Shown here: piece by piece, positions 12,686-24,468 of the stretch | Position numbering within the stretch: the first letter of the stretch is position 1 | How the letters are laid out: every line of letters begins with the position of its first letter | Assembly (NCBI GenBank): GCA_040437565.1 | Contig: JBDOQK010000012.1 | Span: 496,001 to 560,000 of the forward strand | Reading direction: 5' to 3' | DNA from: Albugo candida | Taxonomy: Eukaryota | Length of the DNA stretch: 64,000 nucleotides | The notes under the pieces: generated by a model | Seen by the model: only the letters and a program-made list of their open reading frames with translations | Told to the model about the DNA's origin: nothing | The model's database searches: none | Program-made: the position numbers and the translations under genes

Positions 12686-13135
12686 ATGATAAAAAAATTT
12701 GGGAAAATATCTCCAGAAAAAAGCGATGAACAACTGAAGACCGTAGAAGAATCGCAATCGAAGCGAAGACTGAAACGAAAAGGCTCGTCTGTTGAGGAAG
12801 AGAGTGAGTCGATTCAAACACAAAAAAATGGCGATGATAGTGAGAAACAGGAGCGGAAAAAGTCGAAACCAGTAGCTACGTGTAAAGAAAATCAGGCATT
12901 AGCAGAAATTTTTGGAGAGTTAGCTGGTTTCGAATTCAAACGCGGTGAGCGATTCAAGGGTGGGACGTATTCAAAAGCAGCAAAAGCAATACGGGATGCA
13001 GATGAAGTAATATCCAGTGGAAAACAAGCGCAGAAGTTGAAAGGAATTGGGAAGTCGACGGGTGCAAAGATCGACGAGTTTCTCGAAACGGGCACATTGA
13101 GCGTGCTCGAAGAGTACCGAGCTGGTAACCTATAA
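12686..13135 (+). CDS. Stand-alone DNA polymerase X (Pol beta-like) 8-kDa HhH/dRP-lyase domain with charged N-terminal tail
   Basis: NQALAEIFGELAGFE..YSKAAKAI..ISSGKQAQKLKGIGKSTGAKIDEFLETGTL aligns with the Pol beta N-terminal domain. Confidence 0.85.
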   Translation: MIKKFGKISPEKSDEQLKTVEESQSKRRLKRKGSSVEEESESIQTQKNGDDSEKQERKKSKPVATCKENQALAEIFGELAGFEFKRGERFKGGTYSKAAKAIRDADEVISSGKQAQKLKGIGKSTGAKIDEFLETGTLSVLEEYRAGNL

Positions 13136-13541
13136 TAAAACACACGAGTATTTCCTCTACGTATTAGCACCATCTCAAAGAAGCAAATACTCCTCCAATT
13201 ATGACAGCAATCTTCCTATAAGCTATTTCTTACGGTACCTCTAGTGTTAAACGCCTTCATAGGAATTTAGCAGCCGATATGTTCAAGCAGTGATAATTTG
13301 CATTCTAGTCAGTGAATTTCCCCGCTTGCACAACGTGCAATTTCTCGAATACTTTTGCAGATTCTTTTGTTGGCAACGTTCATTGTAAGTTTTGCAAACG
13401 CTCTATCATAAGGCTGTTGTATCGAGAACGATCAAATCCGACTATGTGCAATTGATGTAAAATTATGATCATGTTAGTTTGCTTGTCGATTAAATATAAG
13501 TTGATACGAGACAGCTTCTGTCTTAGTCTATGTATCGATGT

Positions 13542-13730
13542 TCAATTGACATAAAAGCCTTCAGCTCGTAGACATGCTTTATGAGCTTCAATCACATTTG
13601 CGCACTGATCTTCTCCATTTGTGACTACACACAGATCGCGAGCTTGTTTAGTTTCTGGGCATGCGCAACAGATCTTCTTTCGTGGTTTTCCCAGGTCTTG
13701 GTTCTCTTGTTTCTGCGATGCTGCATCCAT
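13542..13730 (-). CDS. COX17: Mitochondrial copper chaperone COX17
   Basis: [17 protein letters not shown] twin CX9C; C...[13 protein letters not shown]. Confidence 0.95.
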   Translation of the reverse strand: MDAASQKQENQDLGKPRKKICCACPETKQARDLCVVTNGEDQCANVIEAHKACLRAEGFYVN

Positions 13731-13760
13731 TAAATTTCTCTGCGTTTAAAAAACGATTGT

Positions 13761-13824
13761 GCCAATTGGCTATTAATGCTGCCAATGGTAGCGACGAGCA
13801 ATGAACAATACGTTGCCAATTGGC
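13761..13824. promoter_or_regulatory. CCAAT-box cluster upstream of COX17
   Basis: Palindromic GCCAATTGGC at 13761 and 13815, GCCAAT at 13781, all 30-95 nt from the COX17 ATG. Confidence 0.5.
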
Positions 13825-13895
13825 TCGAACTCGGCAATTCGTATCGCTTGTGAGAATTATCGTTCGTGTTCAAATTTAAACATGCAGTCTAAGTT

Positions 13896-14732
13896 CTACT
13901 TCTCGACTGATAATGGCTCCATCGGCGAAATTGGTGGAGGTGGCTTGGGAATGCTTATAGTGCTACTATCTTTCGGAGGAGATGGCGGTGGTAATGGTGG
14001 AGGTGGTGGCTTCTTGCTTTTCTTCCTGGTCGGTTCCGTGACGTCATTATTCGTTGATATTTTCCGTATTTGTCGATTAAGCATTGACTGTGCAACAGGA
14101 TCGTTTTGGCCGTGGAAACGATCGCGTATGTTCTGGTGACTGAGTGGATCGTTCTTGTCTTTGGGTAACTCGTGAAGATACGGACACTCTTCTCCACGGG
14201 TGCATTCACCTCGAGCGAAAAATGAACACAGATGCGGTCGATTGCGTGCATAATGAGGCTCTTTTCGAGCTAATTGCACCAGAGTACCGTTTGTGCCACT
14301 CATGGTGTCATAAGCCGAGACTTTCCCTTCCTGTTCAAGCATGCGGTTGTGTTGTTGTGCAAACCATTCTCGATTTGCTTCGCTTTCGGGGACAGCCATG
14401 AGTGCTTGGCCATTCTCACTCGCTAGAAATGCATCACGAACTTGTACAGGAAGATTGTATGCCAAGTCAAGTACACATGTCTGGCATACATTCTTTAATC
14501 GAGCACATGTTTGACAAATCTCTGTCTTTTTGTATCGCGTTCGCTTGCCTGGTTTCCATCGGAAGACTGTGAAGGGACGCTCGCAGATTTTACACGCTTG
14601 ACCAAACGATTCTTTCATCATACGAATGTAGGGGTTATCTCCGAGGCACGTTTCACATAGTTGCGGGAAATCTTCGCTTTCCCACGCCGATTTGGTTGGG
14701 TCGGCTTTGATCCCGAAGCCGCGTTCAGTCAT
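13896..14732 (-). CDS. RBM22: Pre-mRNA splicing factor RBM22/Slt11-like (Zn-finger + CCCH, no RRM)
   Basis: WESEDFPQLCETCLGDNPYIRM, CKICERPFTVFRW, KKTEICQTC, RNRPHLCSFF..GECTRGEECPYLHE, QNIRDRFHG.NDPVA. Confidence 0.92.
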   Translation of the reverse strand: MTERGFGIKADPTKSAWESEDFPQLCETCLGDNPYIRMMKESFGQACKICERPFTVFRWKPGKRTRYKKTEICQTCARLKNVCQTCVLDLAYNLPVQVRDAFLASENGQALMAVPESEANREWFAQQHNRMLEQEGKVSAYDTMSGTNGTLVQLARKEPHYARNRPHLCSFFARGECTRGEECPYLHELPKDKNDPLSHQNIRDRFHGQNDPVAQSMLNRQIRKISTNNDVTEPTRKKSKKPPPPPLPPPSPPKDSSTISIPKPPPPISPMEPLSVEK

Positions 14733-15750
14733 CACGGGAGATGGTACACGTATGTAACATTAAGTACGTACATGTTCGCAAAGTAGATTTTTATTTATGA
14801 AGCTCGCATGAGATGCATAGAAGACATCGCAGCTCCTAATAACCGCGATCATTTCCGGCGGTCCTGATAGCGTTTTGACTGGCATAGAGCAATATCCGTT
14901 CAAAATTGCGTAAAAGTATCAGATGTCACTGCATTTCTCAATATCATTCTAGTCACTTCGTTGAGGCTCTTTGCCACGAAATAAGCTGGATAGCTTGGCG
15001 AGATGACAATTCATGTATGTGATCTCTAGTCTGTTCATTGCTACCTAATATCGCTATAGAAGACTCTAATTGCGACAATTTTGGTTTAGCTGCATCAACA
15101 GCTTGACAAGAGCAGACTTTTGAGCCAGACGTCCTACACGGCTTTTCAGGCGTTCGAGGGATGGTAAAAGACCAAGTGATATTGAGACTCACGCAAGCGT
15201 CTATAAGTAGCTACCCGAAAAGTTTAAAGGCGTCAAAATTGATCTTTGACGCGAATGGAGCTAAGCTTATTGTTTTGTCTACTCTGCTTTTGGATCTAAA
15301 GCAAGCACGTTCCTGTAACAAGTTAGTACTGGGTTTGCGGTTCAAAGAAAGCCTTGAATGGTTGTGGTGAGCGTCTTTTATATGGTGGAAAGACAATTGC
15401 TGTTTGATGTGGATCTTTACACTGCTGTAAGCGGACTTACAGACATCGACAGGGTGAAAGTCTTCTATATGCTTATCGCATGTGGCTACTCATCAAGCAG
15501 CAGACATAGGGAACATGTGGGCGGAATCGACGAGTAGCAGAAACAAGAAAACATCAACTGTTCTGCGTCTGGTTGCTTGATCGAGAGCTATACCCCCATC
15601 AGCCTAGCTTGTTATTAATCTTCGATGGCATCAATGCGTGATATTTTAAATTGTGGAAGATGATACCTATCCGATTGGCCGGTATGAGAAGACGTCATGG
15701 TATGATAAATGGATAGCTACATTGGAAACAATTTTGAGCGTGTAGCTAAA

Positions 15751-16368
15751 GTCGATCAGGATAAACAACCCCTTTGCCAGCACGCGCAATCATTGCGTCC
15801 ATTTATACACAAGCATTGGCAATATAGACGTGCGACATTTACCGGATCAAAGAAACAGTCAGGCGTAAGCGAAAGCTAAGGTCCAACTATAATGACTCGA
15901 TACCGCCGGCGCAGACGCTCATTACTAATAATAGACGTGTGAGTATGCATTTAAGTTCAAAAAGCCATAGATTCGGCGCTACTGATTAGAAGCGTTTAAC
16001 GATCGAAGANNNNNNNNNNNNNNNNNNNNNNNNNNNNNNNNNNNNNNNNNNNNNNNNNNNNNNNNNNNNNNNNNNNNNNNNNNNNNNNNNNNNNNNNNNN
16101 NNNNNNNNNGTCGATCAGGATAAACAACCCCTTTGCCAGCACGCGCAATCATTGCGTCCATTTATACACAAGCATTGGCAATATAGACGTGCGACATTTA
16201 CCGGATCAAAGAAACAGTCAGGCGTAAGCGAAAGCTAAGGTCCAACTATAATGACTCGATACCGCCGGCGCAGACGCTCATTACTAATAATAGACGTGTG
16301 AGTATGCATTTAAGTTCAAAAAGCCATAGATTCGGCGCTACTGATTAGAAGCGTTTAACGATCGAAGA
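15751..16368. repeat. 259-bp duplication across N-gap 16010-16109; assembly overlap
   Basis: 15751-16009 repeated from 16110. Confidence 0.9.
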
Positions 16369-17903
16369 CGGGCGCTCTTCCTTGTTCTAATCGAAGCCTC
16401 AAATGGAACGCACGGCTACCGAAAATCCATTGGCGATCGTTTGGTGGCATCTGTGGACTATTCTGATTTATTAGAGGTAATGTGAAGAGAGTGACTGGGA
16501 TTGTTTGAAACGTGAGAGACGATACGTACCTGGTCTGCTTTCTTGGCAGACGAGGGAGTGGGACGCGCGATATCTGTCAAACGCCTATTTCATAAAGGTC
16601 AATTTTCTTGGTTGCCATGCCGATTTCAAGAAACGTCAAGGAAAGCGATTCTTAAATTCTGCAAATATGCGCTGTACACGCTGCATATACTCAAGAATTG
16701 TCGAAAAATCGGAATGAGAATAATGCAATCCAGCAAACTAAAGAATCTAATTGAATTCTTCATTTTCTCAATCGGCTTGGCGGCTCCAGAACTTTTCAAA
16801 AGACGTCGCGTACCCTACTCTTTCACTCGGTCCCAAAGCAAAGTGGTTAATCTCCATCGCTTTCAAAGCACTATTAATTTCTCTACCTCCATTGCTCGAA
16901 ATCATCTTCCATCGTCACAGTAAACTAGAAATTTAGTGGATCGCTAGAACAAGAATTGCTACCGCAACGCGGGCAGCCGCAAACCCCAATATTACAATTC
17001 ATGGTTTGGGAATTAAGGTATGTCTTGCCATCTATTAAAAAAGTACATTGAAAATTAGCTGGTTTCACTTTTGCTAGAGATTTTTCTTACTGTAACGCAA
17101 AAAAAAAAACGATTGCTACAGGATCTGATCAAAAAAGTTACTTTTTGTTATCTCTATCGCACCCTACTATGCTAGTGCTTCGCTGCGGATGTTAAGCGTC
17201 TGTTTTTTTAAGTACCTACCGAAATTATAGACTGTCGTCCAATATTGAAATTCACCAAGTACAAAAGTGGCAGAGTTTTTATTGTAGGTGATACATCTTG
17301 ATTGCGAACATCATGCAAGCGATCAAGCTCCCTGATTCTTGTGTATTGGGTACGTTTGGAGTGATTGCGCTCAGTCCTAAAGTGCTATTATCTGTTCAAA
17401 GCATGCAAATGCTGAACATCACACATGACGTGTATGTTAGATAAAAGCAGGTGAATGATTCGCACAAAGTGGATCACTGCCTCGCATTCATCGTATCAAA
17501 AATGTTGAACAGGGAAATTAGTATTGCTTCCGTCCTAGTTGCACGTGTGCAGTAACAATGTGTCTCAGAATTCCGCTAAACTTACTCGCTTAAGCGCGTT
17601 TATTGAGTCCACAATAGCTCAGAGTGTCGAAGGATTTGGTATTGGTGTCTGAGCAGTTGTATCTGCTAGAGTACATCACTTTACTTGATTACTTGTAATC
17701 AAAATTACGTTGCTTTCTCATCCTAGCTGATCGTAAAGCTTTTGTGCATTGAATGCCATTCTCTGCTTTCGATGACACTGACGAACTGCACATAATCGTT
17801 CAATCATATCTGGCAGAATATCAATTCCCACGAGGAGATAACGAGTTTTTGTTCAAACCTGACAGCAATTGATACCTTTACCGTCTTCTAAGCAAACGTA
17901 AAG

Positions 17904-18814
17904 ATGGAAAGCTACGATCATTTGTTCAAGATTTTACTTATAGGTGATGCTGGTGTGGGTAAAAGCAGGTAAACACAACGTTATGACGAGTATTGTATAT
18001 GCATCATCAACTAAACTTGATAAATTATGTCCATGCAGTATGCTACTTCGTTTCACAGATGATAAGTTCGACGGAAATTTACAGAGCACAATCGGTTGCA
18101 TATGCAAAGTCACATCTATACAATTTCAATTTTCGATTAACGCGAGACCTTTACTAGGAGTGGACTTTAAAGTCAAGATGATGCAAGTTGACAGTAGTCG
18201 TATAAAGGTCACAATTTGGGATACTGCTGGTCAAGAACGATTTCGCACGCTTACAAGCTCGTATTACCGGGGAGCACAAGGAATCGTACTCGGTACGAAA
18301 TGATGATTGTAAAAGATTGGAATTGTATGACTCATGTGTGTAATCGCAGTTTACGACGTTTCGCGGAGAGAGACCTTCGAGAGCTTGGATACGTGGTTGC
18401 GAGAAATAGAGATCTATAGTCCAGCTGGTGGGAGAGATGTGGTCAAGCTTTTGGTGGGAAATAAAGTGGACAAGGTAAATTATCAACTTGGAATGGATGA
18501 TTGACCAAACAAATAGTCATACTGACGAGTATTGCAGCAGGAACGTTCTATTAGTCGCAAAGAAGCCGAAGATTGGGCAAGAAACAAGGGAATGTTGTTT
18601 CTAGAAAGTAGCGCCAAGACTCGTATTGGGATCCTACAAGTTTTTGATGAAGTAGTGCAAAAGGTAGTGTGTTTGACTTCCGCAGAGATCAAACCACTCA
18701 CATTTGTCTCTTTAGATCTTGGAGAATCCATTGTTGCTAGCCAGTACAGCCCCGCGTACACGAGGCCAAAAACTGTCGAATCATACCGAGTCTGCAGGAA
18801 CTGCTTGTTGTTGA
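17904..18814 (+). CDS. RAB18: Rab18 small GTPase, six exons
   Basis: Spliced FKILLIGDAGVGKS, STIGVDFK, WDTAGQERFRTLTSSYYRGAQG, GNKVD, ESSAK, C-terminal CC. Confidence 0.9.
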
Positions 18815-18892
18815 TCGAAAGCCATAATTCACATATAATTAAGGACCCTTACATACTTGTATCCCTGTCCCAACTTATACTTCGACTAGAAC

Positions 18893-19212
18893 ATGCCGAC
18901 AGCTAATAAAGGCGTCCTGGTGAAATGGTCGGAGATAGTTCTATACTTCTTAGAGATGCTAACGATCGATTCTATACAGTGATCCACCGACAAAGCAGTA
19001 TCTTCTCCATCTGAATGAAACAGCTGTGCAGGTATTCCATTCACGTTCTCTAGATACACACGTGCTCATGTCATATGTAGCATCGTTTTGTTATCGAAGA
19101 CTTGGATGATTCACATTTATTCATAATTCCGGATCCCAAAGTGATTACATTCATAAAGAAGAAAGTGGACGAATGGAACGAAAAAAACACATATCAACAT
19201 CCAACCGGCTAA
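18893..19212 (+). CDS. TFB5: TFIIH subunit TFB5/p8, three exons (absent from ORF track)
   Basis: Spliced MPTANKGVLVKCDPPTKQYLLHLNE..FVIEDLDDSHLFI..EKNTY. Confidence 0.9.
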
Positions 19213-19275
19213 ACTGTAGCGAAATCATTTTCACTAATTAGTCGATAATGTAGGAATTATACTTTGAGAGTGGTT

Positions 19276-20034
19276 CTACACTGTCTCCCCCGATGAAGGA
19301 ATGCGCACGCGACCAGGTTCCCTGAATTGAGATTTTGATGGACTATGTTGTTTTGTACTCGGTGATTGCGACTTTGAAGCGTCATCACGATTTTGCTGAA
19401 CGGGTTGATAATATGAATTCTTGGAAAAAGAGCAGATAAAATGATAGAAGAGAACGAATGGAAGGTATAGCAGCTGCAATAGTCGACTGAAATCTGCTCT
19501 CTTGCACAGTATTGCCATCCAATTGCACAACTCTATTTTGGAACGCATGATCAACCAACAGTATACTAGAGGAGCTGCACGTGCCTGTAGTCGTAACTTT
19601 CTTCTCCGACCCGAAGAGCTGAACAGTTGTTCCAGGCCAGACATCATCTTTTTTCAGTAGCTTGCCTTTATGAATGAGTCGTGCTTTCTCTCTGTCAAAA
19701 AAGACAGTACTCAAATATCAATCCCTCCAAGTCATTGCATGCCGTACAGATCAAACAGGTCTGCTAACAAGCTTGATGGGTCTTCTACAAACCAGATAGA
19801 TACGTGAAGGATGTATATCACATTACAAAACTTGATTTTTGTGGGTTGAATGTTCAGTTCATCGGCCTGTGTGGTCACAACACGCACCACCGAGTCGCAC
19901 GCTGGGCACAGATTCTTATCTCTAGACAGCTTCTTGCATATGCAAGACTGGCAAAACATATGATTACAATCGGTCCTGCACATATCCTTCAGCGATTGTA
20001 TCGTTCTACAGCATATTTGGCAGTCTATAGGCAT
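19276..20034 (-). CDS. C3HC4 RING + ubiquitin-like domain + C-terminal hydrophobic helix
   Basis: CQIC..CNHMFCQSC..CPAC; ARLIHKGKLLK is UBL-like; LLQLLYLPFVLFYHFICSF reached via a proposed GC-AG intron. Confidence 0.65.
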
Positions 20035-20855
20035 TCTCGAAGGTGGTAAATTTCGAACTTAGCAAAACGTTACAGTAAAACAATAGAAAAGCTTCATTCA
20101 TCTGGATATTTACGAGTAAAGACTGTCTCCGCGCTTATACGTATTCACTACTCGTGACGTTTGCCAAGTTTGTATGATTGCATTGACTTCGGATAGATGA
20201 AGTACCATCATCTTCGTCTTTTTCTTGGAACTTCACCCATGCTACGAATCATCACATTTGTGGAGAATGTCTGGTATGTTGAGATGGGATTGCATTGGTG
20301 TGGCAATTTCCCTTCAAGGTTCTTTTTGCAGCAAAATGTACAGAATAAAACATGGATGCGACCTAAAAATGCGTTTGATAGGAAGTAATAAACAGTACTA
20401 CTACATCAATCTTACTGCCCACATAGACAATCAACGACACTAAGCTCAATGTTTTTCTTACTATATGAGTAATGCCAGAAAATGACTATAATTCGCTTGG
20501 GATTAGCCCCAAACCCAGGGATAAGGTGAGTAATTCTTTGATAGAGATAGATGCAGCAACGTCTAACGACGTGTAGACACGGGGCGAGCAATACTCTTTC
20601 TAGCGAAAAGCAACCTATCAAATAGCTAGGAGATCTGGTCACACCAAATGACTATAATTATAAGGCACCCTTTTTGTAAACTCTTTATATTCTATATCGC
20701 TCAATCGCCCACACCTGCCACTTTCTCGGAAATATAAATACTGTTGTTCCACCATCTTGTGATCCACAAACAGCAGTGTGTAAATCTAAATAAAGAACTT
20801 ACTGAATATCAAAAATAAATTAAGCGCAATAAACACCAGACTCCAATCGAAGTAC

Positions 20856-23800
20856 ATGGTGTATGAGGCATCCACCGAGCCTTCTCTGTGCATCGATAAT
20901 GCACATCTCTTGCGAGAAATCAACACTGGAGCACCGTCCGAATACGATGCCTCTCAAACGCGTGATATCACACTAGAGGACGTAATCCGTGACTCGATGA
21001 TGCAGTCAAGCTTCCTTCAGTACTTATCGACATTCGATAAAAAAGGATTCGCTCGTTTTTTATTTCTGTGAGTTCTTTTTACTTGAGGTGAATACAATTG
21101 ATTTTCTGATGGTAACGCTTTCTTCTTATAGTGTAAGCGTCGACGAATTTAAGAACTTGCTCGGTCACGAACACTCCGTTACCAACCCAAGAAGAATTCA
21201 CACTGTACTCAAGTCGGAAGGCGCTGAACCTGCTGCCTCATCTTACATGCCCAACACATTAAATCGACGGATAGCGTACGCAAAAAAGATCATTTCCAAG
21301 TTTATGAGCAAAGACTCGTACTTGGACATCGCGTCGGAAAATCTACAAGTATTCAACAAGTCTGTGTGGGCATTCGGCAGCTTCTTACGTCGGGATTTGA
21401 TGATGTGCTCAGGTATATGCTTTAAAGCGGATCTATTCCAAGAGGTTGAGACTGTAGTCAAACACGCGCTGGAACCGTCTCTCTGCAATTTTAAAAACAC
21501 AACAGAGTTCGAAGATCTTGTGCAAAGTTTCAACATTGAGTCGCTTTGCTTCACAGAGGTACGCCTGCCAAAATCTGCTGCTTGCTACCAAAGCATGCCT
21601 CGTACGATCAAAGAAAATGTGATCAAAACGATACAATCGTGCACGTCCGAAATCTTGTCAGATTCGTCTATCTTTCATCCTCAATTATCTGCGCTTCGGT
21701 CTGCAAAGAATAGAATCCGTGGGAAGAAAAACTTCACACACAATAGTCTTTCCTTTCCATTACGAGACACGTATCTGACTTTGGAGCGTGTCTTGAACAA
21801 TCGTCGTCTATGTAGCGTCTTTTGGGTGTATTTATACAAAGAGCGAATACATCAGCCTTTGAGTCTGTGGATGGAATTTCGTCATCAATTATTACCAGTA
21901 CTTGAACAGCTACGGAACATTTTGGTCGAGTCAGAGACAGCCGATACAGAAACTGATGGCCAAGATACCAGAGAACTCGCACTTCAACTCATCAACTTAT
22001 CTACTCGCATCATCAAAAAGTACTTGATCGTCGGTGCCAGTGCCCAGATCTACCTCATTGGTGACACCGAGCAAGCCGCTATGCAAGATTTTGTAGACCA
22101 CACGAATCAAGTCGTGCAGCAACATGCATTCACGGTCCCAGATTTGGATATAATGATATCCCACGTTTTGTTTCTTTCAGAAAAGTTGGAATATGATCTC
22201 AATGTGAACCATTTTGTTCGTTTTATGGGTAGTTCATCTTTCAAATCAATAGTCTCATCGTATCAAGGCCGATTATTGTGCTCTTCAGGCTTAGTTGAAT
22301 TTCAGGGTCGAGCAGAGAATGCCAATTACGCATCGATGGTTCGAATGTCGCAAGATACACTGAGTGATTCGGATACCTCTTCTGAAACGAGTATGACAAC
22401 ATTACAGGAACTATTTCACTGTATGAATGTCGCATCTCATCAACCGCAACGTATTCGTACCAAAACGTTCACACTGGAAGAATTGGTTGAAAATCATGGG
22501 CTACCCAAGGATTTGACTACACCGATCAGCAGTGTGATATCATTCCAGTATGACCGAAAGGATCAGAAAATGAAGAAACAGCTTTTATTCACCTTGTCCA
22601 ATACGGAGGCGGGAGTCTCTTATCATCATACAATTCCAGAGCACGTCGAAGTATTTTTCTGTCCTGAAGGCGCAGGCGTGATCCGGGCAAAGACCAGACC
22701 GCCAACCAAACTCTACCACATGACAATCGGAAATCTAGAAAAGTCGTTTTATGCCGCTTGTCTGACGCGCTATGTTGCTGTCACAGAAAAGATGCCATTG
22801 GGACCTTTGGAGCAACTCTTACACGATGAAGANNNNNNNNNNNNNNNNNNNNNNNNNNNNNNNNNNNNNNNNNNNNNNNNNNNNNNNNNNNNNNNNNNNN
22901 NNNNNNNNNNNNNNNNNNNNNNNNNNNNNNNNCGCATCGATGGTTCGAATGTCGCAAGATACACTGAGTGATTCGGATACCTCTTCTGAAACGAGTATGA
23001 CAACATTACAGGAACTATTTCACTGTATGAATGTCGCATCTCATCAACCGCAACGTATTCGTACCAAAACGTTCACACTGGAAGAATTGGTTGAAAATCA
23101 TGGGCTACCCAAGGATTTGACTACACCGATCAGCAGTGTGATATCATTCCAGTATGACCGAAAGGATCAGAAAATGAAGAAACAGCTTTTATTCACCTTG
23201 TCCAATACGGAGGCGGGAGTCTCTTATCATCATACAATTCCAGAGCACGTCGAAGTATTTTTCTGTCCTGAAGGCGCAGGCGTGATCCGGGCAAAGACCA
23301 GACCGCCAACCAAACTCTACCACATGACAATCGGAAATCTAGAAAAGTCGTTTTATGCCGCTTGTCTGACGCGCTATGTTGCTGTCACAGAAAAGATGCC
23401 ATTGGGACCTTTGGAGCAACTCTTACACGATGAAGATGGTTTGGAAGTGTATATTCCAGTCGGGTTATGTATCATCAGTCGATTTCCGCTCCTCAACACG
23501 ATGAGATATCGGCTAGATCAATTGCATTCTTCCTTGCAATCGGATGAAAGTTACCTTAATTCTACGGATTGGACACCATCCTCCACACAACTAAGTGCTT
23601 TATTAGCTCCATACAAGGCTCCGCTTCACGTTGAAACGTCATTATCTTCTACAGCAAAGACACACCAGCGTTATCAAGACTTTTCGATGGGAGATCTATT
23701 CCGGTGCTTGTCTAAACAAAACATCATTGCGTTGGTGAGCTGTGTGATGTTGGAGCGCCAAATTGTGCTCGTAAGCTCCTCTTACTCAGTACTGACTTGC

Positions 23801-24400
23801 GTTGGAGTATCCTTGAAATCGCTGCTTTCTCCATTGATATGGAGTCACATCTTTGCACCAATTTTACCGAAATCGATGCTTGAGTGCCTCCAGTGCCCAA
23901 CACCTTATTTATTCGGCATTCACACGAGTTATCAAGCTGAGATGATGGAAATTCTGCACAACGAAGGCACAGGTGACAATGTTATCGTGGTTGACTTGGA
24001 TGCAGATCGACTCATCGGTAAAGCAATCCAATTGGTTCCTGTTTCAGTCTACTCAAGCCTTCAATACAACCTCGAGAAATTATGTAGACCGGGTAGCGAT
24101 CTTATCAGCAGTGATCACACCTCTTTCCTCGACTCAACATCATTATCAAATCCACAATGGACCGCTACAGAGGAAGTAGAAAATCGCTTTCGTGGAATTC
24201 GAGCTTGCTTCGAGTCTGTGCTTGACGAGATGATGACCGAGATGGAAGAATATCGATTTGTTTTGTCCGACGATTTCGACTTTGTGGTTGTATTTGACAA
24301 TCAGCAATACTTACAGAACCTTCCTCCAGCTTCGCGGGACTTTTATCTCCAGTTTCTCGAGACTCAAGTCTTCTCGCATGCGATCGCGACAGTCAAGTGA
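20856..24400 (+). CDS. Two RGS-like domains fused to uDENN/DENN/dDENN Rab-GEF module; intron about 21068-21130; ORF split by gap duplication
   Basis: TLEDVIRD..FLQYL..FLFL.SVDEFK and TLERVLNN..FWVYL.KE..LSLWME (RGS); LCIISRFP, LERQIVLVS, LLSPLIWSHIFAPILP..CPTPYLFGI, FLETQVF (DENN). Confidence 0.8.
22329..23436. repeat. 504-bp duplication across N-gap 22833-22932; assembly overlap
   Basis: 22329-22832 repeated from 22933. Confidence 0.9.
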
Positions 24401-24468
24401 AGTTGGAATGATGATATTTCGGGCAATTAACTATCGACTATTTATTCAATCTGTCATATTGGATTCTA

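Noticed and set aside
14950-17800. Short ORFs and an 8-bp stem GCGTCAAA/TTTGACGC near 15230
   Set aside because: No family motif; a stem of this length is expected by chance
20140-20450. Hydrophobic stretch followed by GCDLKMRLIG as another CCG relic
   Set aside because: Spacing and residues fit too poorly
22329-23436. Apparent internal duplication and frameshift in the RGS-DENN gene
   Set aside because: Identical copies flank a 100-N gap: scaffolding overlap
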